Of a stretch of 64,000 nucleotides of DNA, positions 47,288 through 58,800 are shown in pieces. The position numbers and the translations under genes were made by a program. Under the pieces are notes generated by a model that saw only the letters and a program-made list of their open reading frames with translations, was not told the DNA's origin and made no database searches. Position 1 is the stretch's first letter; the number at the start of each line of letters is the position of its first letter. This DNA comes from Klebsormidium nitens (lineage: Eukaryota > Plantae > Klebsormidiophyceae), in the NCBI GenBank assembly GCA_000708835.1, contig DF237311.1, positions 28,417-92,416 on the forward strand, read 5' to 3'.

Positions 47288-48789
47288 TGCGTCACTCTAA
47301 GTCTTTGGGGTCCTACAACAACTACGTCCAGGAGAGGAGCGCCTAGCAGATTATGTCCGCAACTTATCAGGGGCGCCTTTGGCCGGCCTAACACTGCAGA
47401 GTACAGAAAGCTGGGCGGCTCGAGGTGTCAAAGACGCGGCCGCCGGGCGGGATTCAACCGTTCAAAGGTTTAAGAGCGCCGCTCGGCCGGGCCGCGCCGG
47501 CTGGCCGGTTCAATGAATCTGACCCGCGGCCGCGGTGCTTCCGGCCTACTATGTCTTTCCGGCCGCCGGAAACCGGACCGGAATAGACTTGCTTATCCAA
47601 ATGTGCACCAGACAGGAAGCCTTAGCTGTCAGACACGTCAATTCGCATCTTCAAGTTCTCATGATCAACAAACTGCGGCTGATCAAAAGTTTGAAGAACA
47701 TGTACCGTTTGGCACACCGTTAATTGGCGTCTAGGTGAGCTTTCATTCAACTGATTAGGCTCGAACGCTGAGGCGATGTATCACGTCCGTGACGTCGGCT
47801 GTCTTCTTAGGTCTGCTGTAGAAATATAAGTGCCGTTGTCTGAAGCACGCTGTTGGTGACCTCAGAGGCGCGGCAGCAGATGAAAGAGAAGATAGGTAGT
47901 ACCATCGAAGCGGTCTGCGTGTCTCCATATACATGAAGCTGCAGGACAAAGAGGCGTCCGGAAAAACTCATTATGCAGAGGTTTCGATACTCTCAAACGC
48001 TGGTATAAGACATCAATTCTCGTGATACTGCATGAATTTACTACCCATGGATTTGAAGTTCAATATTCTCATGCTCATCATCCTCTCGGATCATCCGGCT
48101 TCGTGCGGATGATGTCTTTGACCATTGGTCTTGCTTGCATGAAGACAGCTCTGCATATCTGACTTGAAAACGGCCTATCGGCCAGGTACATGCAGTAGAT
48201 GTGTAAAAGTATTTCGAGATCATATGGCCGGCCCTGGAAAGACAACGCTGGGAAAGAAGGCGCCTATATAGTTAACGGGCGATGATATCCAGGTCGACAA
48301 AGAGCGTTCTGTAACAGAGCGCTCAGAGCGCTCTTAGTGCATACAGTTAGTGGTCGACTTCCCTCCAAAGAAACCTGGATCAAAAGCGTTCACCATCTCC
48401 GACACGATAACTTTCAACTGTTTAACGGATGATCACTTCTTCAAGTTCCTGAACGTATAGTCATCACTTGAGACCAAGAATCCAATCAATTTCGAATCGT
48501 CTATCTTAGAAGCTCGATCACGACGTCTGAGGGTGCCCTCCTTTTCGGCATCCTATGAAGTGCTCGTTTCCCATGTCAGCACCGAACAGCGAAAAGCACT
48601 GAACCAATTTTCCTTTTGCAAAACGGGGCACCTCCGGCCGCTGCCTACATAACTTTCACGTCTAAAAGGCGGAAGGTTTACGTCCTCAAGAGAACCGCCA
48701 GGTCAGAAACTACTTCGTTTGCGGCCGACGTTACGTCTTCCCCTCTCTCAAACTAGTGTTGAATAGCTTCGAATCGTTGATTCTTGACG

Positions 48790-49762
48790 TCAGACACCCG
48801 TCCCTGAAGGAGCAGGCATTTCGATCCTAACAGCTTTTCTCCGCTCAAGGCAGCAGTTCCAAATTCCGACACAGTGACAGAACAACCCAAAGATGACGTA
48901 AAGCCAGAACAAGCACGTGATGACACCACACACGCACAGCAGAGCGACCATACCCCCAGTATGGCGGTAGACTCTCTTCTTGTCGATGGTCAGGCTAACC
49001 CCGGGGTACAGGTAGTCTTCAATTTGGCCGCAGCTGCCTGAGAAGCCTATGTAGACCTGAAACGCGCTCCTAACCATGCACCTACACAGCGTTACGTTGT
49101 GGCCGCTGGAGTGGAGAAACTGGGTCAGGCTTGCTGGGTCAGGCAACGGGGCGGCGTGAAGAGTCGTCAGACCAAGATACGCCAGGTAGAGAGCCGCCAC
49201 GCCGAATCCGGATAAAACCGCCACGAGGACGCCTGCCGGGATGCAGTCGCGCCGGATCCACTTGGGAAGACTTCCTCCAAACTCCATGCGCAGTTCTTTT
49301 GGAAAGCACCGCAGGGCGTTGCCAGCGCACTCCCTGAAGGATGCACTGAAGTGACGGGCGATAAAGCAGAGTTTAAAGATTGCCAGAGTCAGGGCAACCC
49401 AAAGCAGCCAGATTGCTTCAAGAGTGCGGATTGCTGTATCTGGGTTCCTTAACAAGCCCGGCGCGCTCTCGCATCCCCCCGGATGCTGAAGCGTGCAGAA
49501 GCTGAAGGGATTGGAGTAGATGCTCGCGTTACAGATCTGCAGCTGCACTGGGGGCCTGCGTGGGAGAAGCGGATTGAACAAACCAGTGTGGTTGTTCTTT
49601 AGAAATGAGTTTAGCAGACTTGGGTCAGGGAGACTGGTGCTGCCATTGACATGGAGGTAGACTTCAAGCGTGTAACGACTCCCCTCTTTGAACAAACACG
49701 AAGACAAAGATGACTAGGCCAAGCAAATAGCCTGCAGACCTTGAGAGCTTGAGGACAGCCAT
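48790..49762 (-). pseudogene. Family-B copy B7, +1 frameshift just after the signal peptide (~49672)
   Basis: ATG 49762 reads MAVLKLSRSAGYLLGLVIFVFVFVQRGESL then shifts. tta C acg ctt gaa should read LTLEV as in B5. The remaining ~295 codons are open and colinear. Confidence 0.8.
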
Positions 49763-51275
49763 GATGCGACAGCTGCGCTCCAAGGCCTCTGCTTTGATCC
49801 TCCCAGTGAGGCTGATCCCAGCCCTTGCCGCGCTCTGCTACGCTTCACCGACACCCCTGATGAAGTCTGAATAAGCCGCCAGCAACCATGCCGGAATTGC
49901 ATCTTTAGGAATAGACAAAGTGACGCCCTTGCCCTCGAGATGGTCCGTCAAGTGAGTCAAGCATATCCGCCGCATGTCTTGGCCGCCGCGGCCGGGTGTT
50001 GCGCGGTCGGCCGCGCGTCGTAATACCACCGGGTTTGGAGGGTTTGGCAGGCCCTCGCTTCAAGTTGCAAAGCTCAGCTCAGATTTCAGTCACTCTCCTG
50101 AACAGTGATCCTGAGTGAAAGTTAAAACTTGAAGTCAAGGTTGAAGCAAGCTCCTTGGAAAAGCGCATTGGTGGCAGCACCTGCCCCTGAGAGTGGTGTG
50201 GTTACTTCTAAGCAGGATAATCAGGAGTCGGGATACAAAAGCGTTGTCCTATCTACCAGAGACTGAGCGGGCGGACCTTTTCAAAAGTTGGAGAGACATG
50301 AGAACATCGACGGAAGAGCAAGGATTGTAGCAGCCGGAAGGTGCTACTTCAGTGACTGCCGGGCTCTGCAAAGTTCCTCTGACTGTCGGTAAGCTCTTCT
50401 GTGCAGCACCACCAAGCTGGCAACTCAGCCATGCTTTCTCTCCTCTTTTGCAATTTTTGCAGCATTTTTAAGGGGCGTGAACTATTTATGGCATGCTGAT
50501 GATAATTGGTTCCTACGTTGGAGAATTTCGGAGTTCCTTCCAACTGATGGTGCGCAGGAACGGCAACTCGGCTGGTGATTTTGCGGTCCAGTGGATTGCT
50601 ACTTTCTGCCACCATGTCAACTGATGTCAGTTGAGTGGTCGAACGCCCTGAACAGAAAGTTTCGCTCACATCTGTTTCACAACCATTTTTGAGATCCTCA
50701 AAAATTATCATTGTGCTGAAGGGATACTATTATAAGCGACATGTTCGTGGAATTGACGCAAATGATGCAATGTACCATTCTTTTGACATGCCCTTTCATT
50801 TGACATTCATCAAGTGCCCTGACTGAGTAGCCAGTTCTGTTTGTGACCAAAAAGAGGCTCCCTGGAGAGTTAGTCAGATGACCAAAGGTTGGATGAATCC
50901 ACGGCATCAATGTGTGCCTTCTGACAGATTGATACTTTGAAAATTCTCTCCCTCTTCTTTGCGGCAACCTTAGTGACTCTGTTTGGTTGAATCACCTCCA
51001 AAAGTCTTGCGCCCCTCCAACTCGACTGCATGCCCTGCACACCTCTGTTTCTAGAAGGACCATCTCGTGTCAAAGAGCTCCTGAACACTCGCTCCCCTGT
51101 GGGGCGCAGCGTGTCAGTTCCCGAACCCCATCCCTCAAGGATTCCTGCTCAGGACTTCGTTCATACATCCTACTTTGAGTCCATGGATCAAATCATATCT
51201 CGTTCCATGTTCAGGCGGTGGCGCCAGGTTCCCCGTGAGGCGGGCCAGTGACCCCCCCTGGAAAAGGCAAGAGCG

Positions 51276-53686
51276 ATGCCTGCTGGACCAGGGGGCCAGT
51301 TGAGCACAGGAGGGGGGACAAGCATTTCGCGGGGGCTAGGCAGAAAGGGCCCTGTAGTGGGGGCCGCGCTCGTGGGAACCCCCGGGTCCAGGAAAGCGGG
51401 GGAGAAGGTCCACTTCTGTGTGCTGTGCGATCTGCCCATCGCCATCTATGGCTTGCTGGTAAGCACTGTCGCCTCTGTTCTTCTTGCAGATTTATGAAGG
51501 ATGGTGTGCCATGCAACTGTTAAGAGTACGGGAAGGGAAGTGAGTCCTTTCATTGGCATAGCAGCTTTCTGAGGCGTCATATCTTGCTTTCTGGCATAGC
51601 TGTATTCACAGGTGGTTGGGGAATTGCTTCATCGACAAGAAGGGCAATGGGACAAATTCGACCAATAAGAGGCAGGGCTAAAAGAGACACTCTCAATTTT
51701 AGCGGACACTCTCAATTTTAGCGATCAGCCTGCTCGGGACCGTGCTTTGTAAGTGGTTGGTTGATGTAAATGCAGAGGAAATCAGGGATCAGTGGGCCGG
51801 GGATTGCTTGAGAGATGTGGGTGCTCAGATGCGCAATATCCTTTAACAGAAGTTCTTAATCATGAAAGGGCGCAGGTTGTACCTGGACAATGTGGCTTGC
51901 TGTAGGACGGCCTTTGTCAACTAGCCGTCCGAAAGTGTGAGGCACACACTTTGTGATGCTGTTGGCTCACCCGCTGACATGAGCTTATTCCTCAAATCCA
52001 TGCTCCTCTGATGTTCGTAGCCCTAAAAGCGGCACAAGCATCTGGTTCTCCACATCCATTCGGCAAAAGGGCGGGCAATTAAGCTTGTCATGAATTCTGC
52101 AAGGACCTTCTGTGTTTTTGGCCCCTGGCTGACGAAAGATTCTATCGCTTCCGCAGGTGCCATGTCAGCACGTGTTTTGCCTGGCATGCGCGAATGCTTT
52201 AGGCAAGACCTGCCCCAGGTACATCCTTTCAATCTACCCATACCACATGGTTTTGGCGGTTTAACTATGGTCGGTTGCGGACTGGTTAGAGGCTGCTTAC
52301 GTGTCCAATGGTCAAACTTGAGCAGTGATCAGATCTTTGAACGAATCTACAGCCCGCTTATCAGTTGACGAACCAGAGCAAATCTGGTGATCGAGGCTAA
52401 CGAGCCCTTCCTGTGATTTCTGAGGATAGCACTGTCGATTCTCTATACGTTTGTGGGCCCTGTGAAATCTTGTTCAAACTCCTGGTCATTGCAGAGGTCT
52501 AGCGTCAGCTAAAGTTAGGCAACGCCCAGCCGTCTTGCCTTTTCCCAATCCCCGTCAACCTAGAGAACTCGGAAAATGAGTTAGTGCTTTCCCTTTCTTT
52601 ATCAAGAGTTCCTTAGTTCTGGCCGCAATGCTGCTCTGGCTTGCTCATTCTCTGCCGCCTTGCGACTTCGGGTGACAATGTCTGTCATTGGCGAGCGTAA
52701 ATAGGCAGCGACGTAAGGAGCAGCGTCAATGTCTTACGTTCTCCATGGACGTCAACATTCTTAACCGCGCCTCGGGCCTGAGAGATGGCAGTCCTGGTTT
52801 TTCTTCCGTCCCTGAGCGTACTGCTTTCATTGTTGGCAGCGACCTTGTCGAGAGGAATCTCGAACTTGACGGGACAGGTGGTCCAACAAATTACTCCTTG
52901 AGTCTGATCGGCTCGACTGATCCTCGTGATTGCTGAAGCTTCACAAGTTCGGAGGGCAGCCGACGGACTGAGATAATAGCCCCTCTTTCCCTTGTGCTTT
53001 TGTGTTTTGTGCCTGCCTATAATCGATAGCGACGGGGGAGCAATCTAGAAGCGCCTCGTCGTGGCGCTTCCCTGCGGCCTTTTGAACAGGCTTTCGGAAA
53101 CGCAATTTGTCCTGACGCCTTTTTCGGCAGCTTCTTGAATCGACTTTCGGAACCGGAACCGGTAAGGCGTGTAATGCTGCAGCCTTCAAAGGGACTTGGA
53201 AGCGCTCAGTTAGATTGCAGCTCAGCTCTCTTCGAAACCCATGCCCAATGTACCCAGGGACTGTCTCCTTCACCCTATCAATACACCAGACAGCCTCGCT
53301 CCCAACTCCGCACAACAAACCGGACTCCCTGTCTGATGAACGGACTGCTTTCCAGGTGCTCCGCTGCCATCCAGAGCGTCGACGCCGTGCGCTCCCCCCC
53401 GGGGGTCCTCATCTGCGGCATCCCCACCTGCCTGCGCGCCTTTCTGTCCAAGCCAGAGTTACTTCTCCACGTCCACGAGTCGCACCAAGATCTTTTCAAA
53501 CCCGCGACCCCCCCTCCCTCGGCTCCGTCCCCTCTTCCAACTCAGCACCGGCCCCTTCACCCCCGGAGCGAAGTCGACTTCCCGCCGTTTTTCCGGGGGC
53601 CCGCCCCCGGGGGATTCGGTCCGGGTCGGCCGCCGGGGCCGGGGGGCCCGCTGATGGCCCCGGAAGGGTTTCGCCCAATGCGATGA
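51276..53686 (+). CDS. HAKAI: E3 ubiquitin ligase HAKAI (CBLL1)-like RING + C2H2 (HYB-domain) protein; exons 51276-51458, 52157-52218, 53356-53686
   Basis: The spliced product GEKVHFCVLCDLPIAIYGLL|VPCQHVFCLACANALGKTCPR|CSAAIQSVDAVRSPPGVLICGIPTCLRAFLSKPELLLHVHESH matches the plant/animal Hakai signature (VHFC..C..PI.IYG..PC.H.FC..CA...C..C...I....C....C...F.....L..H...H), followed by a Pro-rich tail. The start codon is uncertain. Confidence 0.85.
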
Positions 53687-55853
53687 GGATAGCGGGGGCG
53701 CTTTCGGAAGTGGCGTTGGAAGCATTAGCATGGGATTTGCGCGCTTTATCTTGGGGGCCCAACTCCAGAGATTGGTCCAGGACGGCCGCCCGGGCCGGCA
53801 GGACCGGTGATGCCCCCGGACCCCCCCGGTAAGCTTCCATCCGGTGCGATGAGGGAGTTGGAAAGGATCGGAGGAGGTGGACACTTCCGGGAGTGCCGTC
53901 AGATTCAATAGGATGTCTTCAATCAGGATTTGGGCCGGAACGTTCTGGTGCACTGCTGGACACAAAACGTCAATTGAGCCAGCGCTGCAGATCAAGGTCT
54001 ACTGGACCAGAATGGTTGACCGACTTGCAGAGTTCCATTGCACCATATGGTGCGGCGTTCAATGAGGCCTGATTCAAATTCTTTCGTCCACTGTCAAAGC
54101 CTGGCCGAGTCATTACTGAGTTATAGAGACGGCCAGTTCTTTCGCACCAGTGTGACCACGTGCCAAGGAAAAATCATATGGTCAGTGACGGTGGCTATTG
54201 GATGCATGAGTCGAGTCATCCGATTGAGAAATGTCACCGTCTTGAGGCTGCACCGCATGCAGGCGGGTCACTGTAGTCTTTCTTCATGAATGCATAACAT
54301 TGAATGGGATGACTGCTGCTTACATCATAGCAGTCATGCACGCTGGCTGCCCGCTTGCCAATTCATTGCCGCCTTGTCCGACCTTCAAGCCCTTGCAGAA
54401 AGGATACAATGATTGTCCCCTCTGTACCGTACGTGTACACTTCCTTTCATCTTATAAACATCTCGTATCATGCGTGCGACTGCCGCACATTTTCATATCG
54501 TGTTGAACGCATACGGTATAATTACGAATCTGTGGCTCAACGCGATGCTCTTGAAGAATAAGCTAGTGACTCAATGATTGGTGCCATTCAATTGCGCGAT
54601 TTACAAGCCAATTATCTACCAAGGCGGCTAGCTTATACATGGATATAGATGTCATGGCCTTGGCTGTCGGAGTAAGAAGACTAATGTGCATTGACAAACG
54701 CGGTTACTGTCTAGCGACTGTATCACGCTCTTGCCGCACGCAAACATGATAAACGCCAATCGGGCCCACGCACCATGCCAGCATGTAGCCACCAGCCTGA
54801 GGACCGGGAAAACGGATTCATGCATGTGCAAAACTATATGCGGTAGCCTAGAAGGCCCACATCCGGGCCGGGCGGCGAGGTATACTAAGCGGCAGAGTGT
54901 CGCGCCACGTTTATCCCCTGGAGCTCGATGGAATCCCTGGAGAGTGCCCGGTATAGCAGCTGCAACCCTGCAACTGTTGTGCGGGCTCGGCGCCAGTCAG
55001 GGGAGGACATTGGAGGAGCACCGGGCAACAACTGTACGGTCACCCGGTCGTTCGTTGACTTCATGACAAACGCACGAGTAACCCACTGAAACTCGACGGA
55101 AGTGTACGTATTGAGCCAGTATCGTACAAGTTACTACCATCTCACATTACCTGCATTATGCACTGACTTTCTGGAATCTGAGTTGACTCAGCTTGAAGTT
55201 CCCTGCCGTGGTAGAACGAAATAAGGGACAGATCGACAGATGCTAAGTAGCTGCATCGAGGGCCACGTCGATTGCAATAAGGTACTATGGCAGGAGCATC
55301 CCTTCAGCTAGCTTCCTGATCCCTTTTTAATTAATCAAAGCTCTCACGCCCCGGATAGCTGTAACCTACCTACTGCCTCGAGTAGTGTATCCCTTCATTG
55401 TTGAACTTCTGCACGCACTGCTGACTACTGTACTACGCGCTGCTGCAGAGCTGCACAACCGTACCTAGGGAATACAGACTCAAGATACGACCCAAGATCG
55501 ACTATTCAACGAAAAGGCGCCGCCAGCCAATCTCACTTATCACAAAACCCATACATCAGATATAAAGCTCTCACAAAGTCCTGCCTCTCAGCGAACCATC
55601 TAAGAGCGAATCCAAGAGGGGAAGAAGCGGGGGAAGGAGAAATTCTTCAGGGACTAGTGATCGAACTTGCCTCCTCGCCTTTTTCTTCTTTAGTGCCTGA
55701 CCTCAGCTCAGCCGCCTTCACCCACTTTTAAGAAGCGGCAGCGACTTCCCTGTAGCCCTCCGACCACCTGCCACCTTCCACTCTCCTTCCCACAAGTCCC
55801 CGTCCCACAACTTGGCCTTGCAACAGCCAGCCGCCATCCGTCCAACAACTAGA

Positions 55854-57918
55854 ATGAAGCGCCCACCAGCACTCCGGATGCTGGCCTTCGCCGCGCTAGT
55901 TGCGCTCGCGTCGCTTGGTGCTCCCGCTTCCGCTACGCGCACGCTGCAAGAGTCGCAACCGGTTCTGATCCCCACGCCCAAACCCACACAAATTTCTGGG
56001 ACTGCTAGCCCGATTATAAGACCAAGCGTTCCGATCCTCGTTCCGGACTCAACCCCTGCTTCTGGCAATCCGCACGAGTGTCCCCAAGACACGGGGTATG
56101 TTTTCTGGGGCGTTTCGCAGGAGGGGCGCGGACAGTGCGGCAAGGCGTACCTCTCGGCTGAGGTGAAGGGGGACCTGATTGGTGGTGAGGTTCCACTCTT
56201 TGCTCCTACTTAAAGGAATCTTAAGTGAGAAGAACGGCGCCCACATAGAGCTTCAAAGCTGTCCGCTTTCAAAAATAGACTGCTGTGATCATAACAGTGG
56301 AGTCAAAATCAGGCTAAATACAGATTCATTTGCGTGCGCACCCCTAGAAACGCTTTCGCGCTCTACCTTTCCCCGTCAGCCAGCGAGCTACAATTGACTC
56401 AAGATTGCTCGAGTCTTGGGAAAGCGCAGACCTCCCTTGACTCATTCGCTTGACGTAAAACGATACACAGTTTGAATGCACAGAATTTTGCTGCTGTAAT
56501 TTTTATCATTCACACTGATGATGCTGGGCGTTTTGGCACAATATTGTGCAAGGGATCAAAGAAGGCTTGAAGATCTAAAAAAGAAATGGACCCGGCAAAC
56601 TTGGCCACCGGACGCTATTCACGTCGTCCCTCTGCAGAATATCCTAAGTTCGAGCTGTATGTTTGACACCCGGCCCGACATCTTGTCTCCTTTACATGAT
56701 CACGTGTGCTCGAAGAAGGAAGAAAGAACGAAAGCATGACAATCTGAATGGTTACCCCTTGAGATTTTGAAACCTGTTGCCTTGATAGTTGCCTTGATTG
56801 TTCAATTACAGCTTTTCTAAAACAATGTCTGCCTCTTCTCGCAGGCCTAGATCACGGAATACTCATCGGCGAGGCGCGAACAACGGAGGTGTTCACACTC
56901 GAGGTGGACTCCAACAATCACCAGAACGGCGCCATTCTCTGGGACTGCCACAAGAACGTGAAAGCGCTTCTGACGTCGGTCGCCGGCGGAGATACGTCAT
57001 CTGCCACGCCCTACCTCAGGGCTGACGTCACGCTGACCAACGAAGCGGGGCAGACCGTAACGGGGCCCCAGGTGGTTGCGGAGTGGTTCGCGTCGCACTT
57101 CGGCAATCGGCCCAGTCCATCCGTCAAGGTGAGCAGGTCCTGGATTCTAGAGTTCTGGTAGATCTCAGAGCCGAAGCTGAAAAGACACAAAGAGAGGGAG
57201 AGAAGTCTCCATTCCCTGTCGTCGATGGACCGTGTCATGTTGACGTCAGCGAGAGCGTGATCCTCCAAGGATGCTGCTCGTCGTCGATTGTCCTATCAAC
57301 CATGTAGCACCGGCAGATGATGTACAAGCTCAACATGGGGGGGGAGAGCGCGCACATGCGCGCGCGCGCCCTCTTTTGCCTTTCCAAGAACCAGTTTATC
57401 AACGGGTCTTCTCTTGGAATAACAGACCAGGGCTTCTTTTAAAATTGGCCAGCCGCCAAAGATGAAGCCGTTTTTCTTCTAGGCCAAGAGCATCTTAAAG
57501 CCGTTGGCGGCACAAAATAGAGCCGCCTTGACCGTTCATTCTGTCGAGAGACACGGGGAATCCACGTTCATCTTGTTCGTCTAGCGGCAGCTCAAAAGCC
57601 ACTCAAAGCTGCTCGTTCAAAGTCGATTATCTAAGGTGCTCTGTAGGTGCTCTCCTGTCGAGCGTGGGGCTTCTCGTCTATGACTCAAATCAGGATTCGA
57701 AATGCTGCAATTATCTCAGACGACTCTCATTTTGTTTGCAGGTTTTCAAGGTCTCGTGGAAGCGCGACGAGAATAATGGCATTTACAAGGGGCTTCGAAT
57801 GACTGTCCGTGCGGAGACCGACACCCAAGTGATTACGTTCGCCACGAGCTAGGACGTTTCCACGTACCCGGTCAACGTCCTTGCCAGCGTGAATCAGGTC
57901 CGGATTGTAAACAAGTAG
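55854..57918 (+). pseudogene. Secreted protein with Pro/Thr-rich linker, 2-Cys segment and NTF2/SnoaL-like domain, copy 1; exons 55854-56184, 56845-57128, 57742-57918, in-frame TAG at 57850-57852
   Basis: Signal peptide ...PASA|TRTLQ. Splice phases 1 and 0 are identical to copy 2. The TAG replaces the Trp of copy 2 (FATKWD vs FATS*D), and homology continues to RIVNK*. Confidence 0.72.
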
Positions 57919-58718
57919 AGCTTGGTGCGCTCTTCGTGCTTTAAGGAGCTAGACATTAATGGTAGAAATTTCTGTTACGACTCTAAATAAACACTCGTTT
58001 AAGGGCCCCCTATCAGGAGTAGCAGGCGGCACAGAGCATTAGCAAGCGGCACAGAGCAGTGCGCTTATGTTCTATTATTCCTCTTCGTACCCAAGTAAAC
58101 GTAACTGTGTCAATCGGCAAAGTGACATTCTGTAATGTCGCCGTTTCTAAACACGAAAGCGGACAGTGGTACTTGCCTGCATGTGAATTGGGCTTGAGTT
58201 GACTGCAGATATACTGGATTCATTGATCTTAAACCTACTTTAGGTGTAGAACAGAATTGATGCCATACATTGCCGGTGCAACCGGTTGGGCTGCGAGGGC
58301 TGCGACCTGCCGTCTCGTCTAGGGCCCCGGGCGACGTAGTCAACCCGTCTGAGCCCGCCGTCTCGCCATCCGACCGCCCGCCCGTCAAATATGTATGTGC
58401 TGACGTTAGCGAACCGCCGGCTGATTAACTGCAGAAAGTACCACCGACTGATGCCTCGTTAAGTAGAGGAGGCTGCAACGATGCATGGGAATACGAAGTC
58501 ACGTTTCCCAGTTTGCCGAAAAGACCTTAGCTGCAAGTGAAGCGGGACAATTGTGACAACGGCTCGGGAGGGATCGACTCGAATGACAGCGAAATGAGAA
58601 GAGAACCACTTACAAACAAGTCCAAAGGAGATGGCCACTTAGAAGGCGCCATGTTGCAACCATCGAACATCCCTTCAGTAAAGTCTGGGGGCAACTCCTC
58701 GCCCTCGGCAGGCTGTTT

Positions 58719-58800
58719 GCTGACGTCAGCGCTCGCCTCCGTGACATCATCTATTGATCACTAGGAAGTGCCTCATCTCCCAATAGCGCTTCTTATTGGC
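58719..58800. promoter_or_regulatory. Putative promoter elements: palindromic GCTGACGTCAGC (CRE/bZIP-type) plus inverted CCAAT boxes
   Basis: GCTGACGTCAGCGCTCGC (18 bp) also occurs at 37508. CCAAT...ATTGG lies at ~58779-58799. Confidence 0.3.

Noticed and set aside
50349-50967. ORFs 50349-50711 and 50698-50967 as protein-coding genes
   Set aside because: No motifs, paralogs or supporting splice pattern; likely upstream non-coding sequence.
55812-56213. Stand-alone small secreted peptide (hormone-like) genes here and at 62203-62613
   Set aside because: Both contain strong phase-1 donors at homologous positions (GTGAG 56185, GTAAG 62249) that splice in frame to the SnoaL-like exons, so they are first exons of larger genes.
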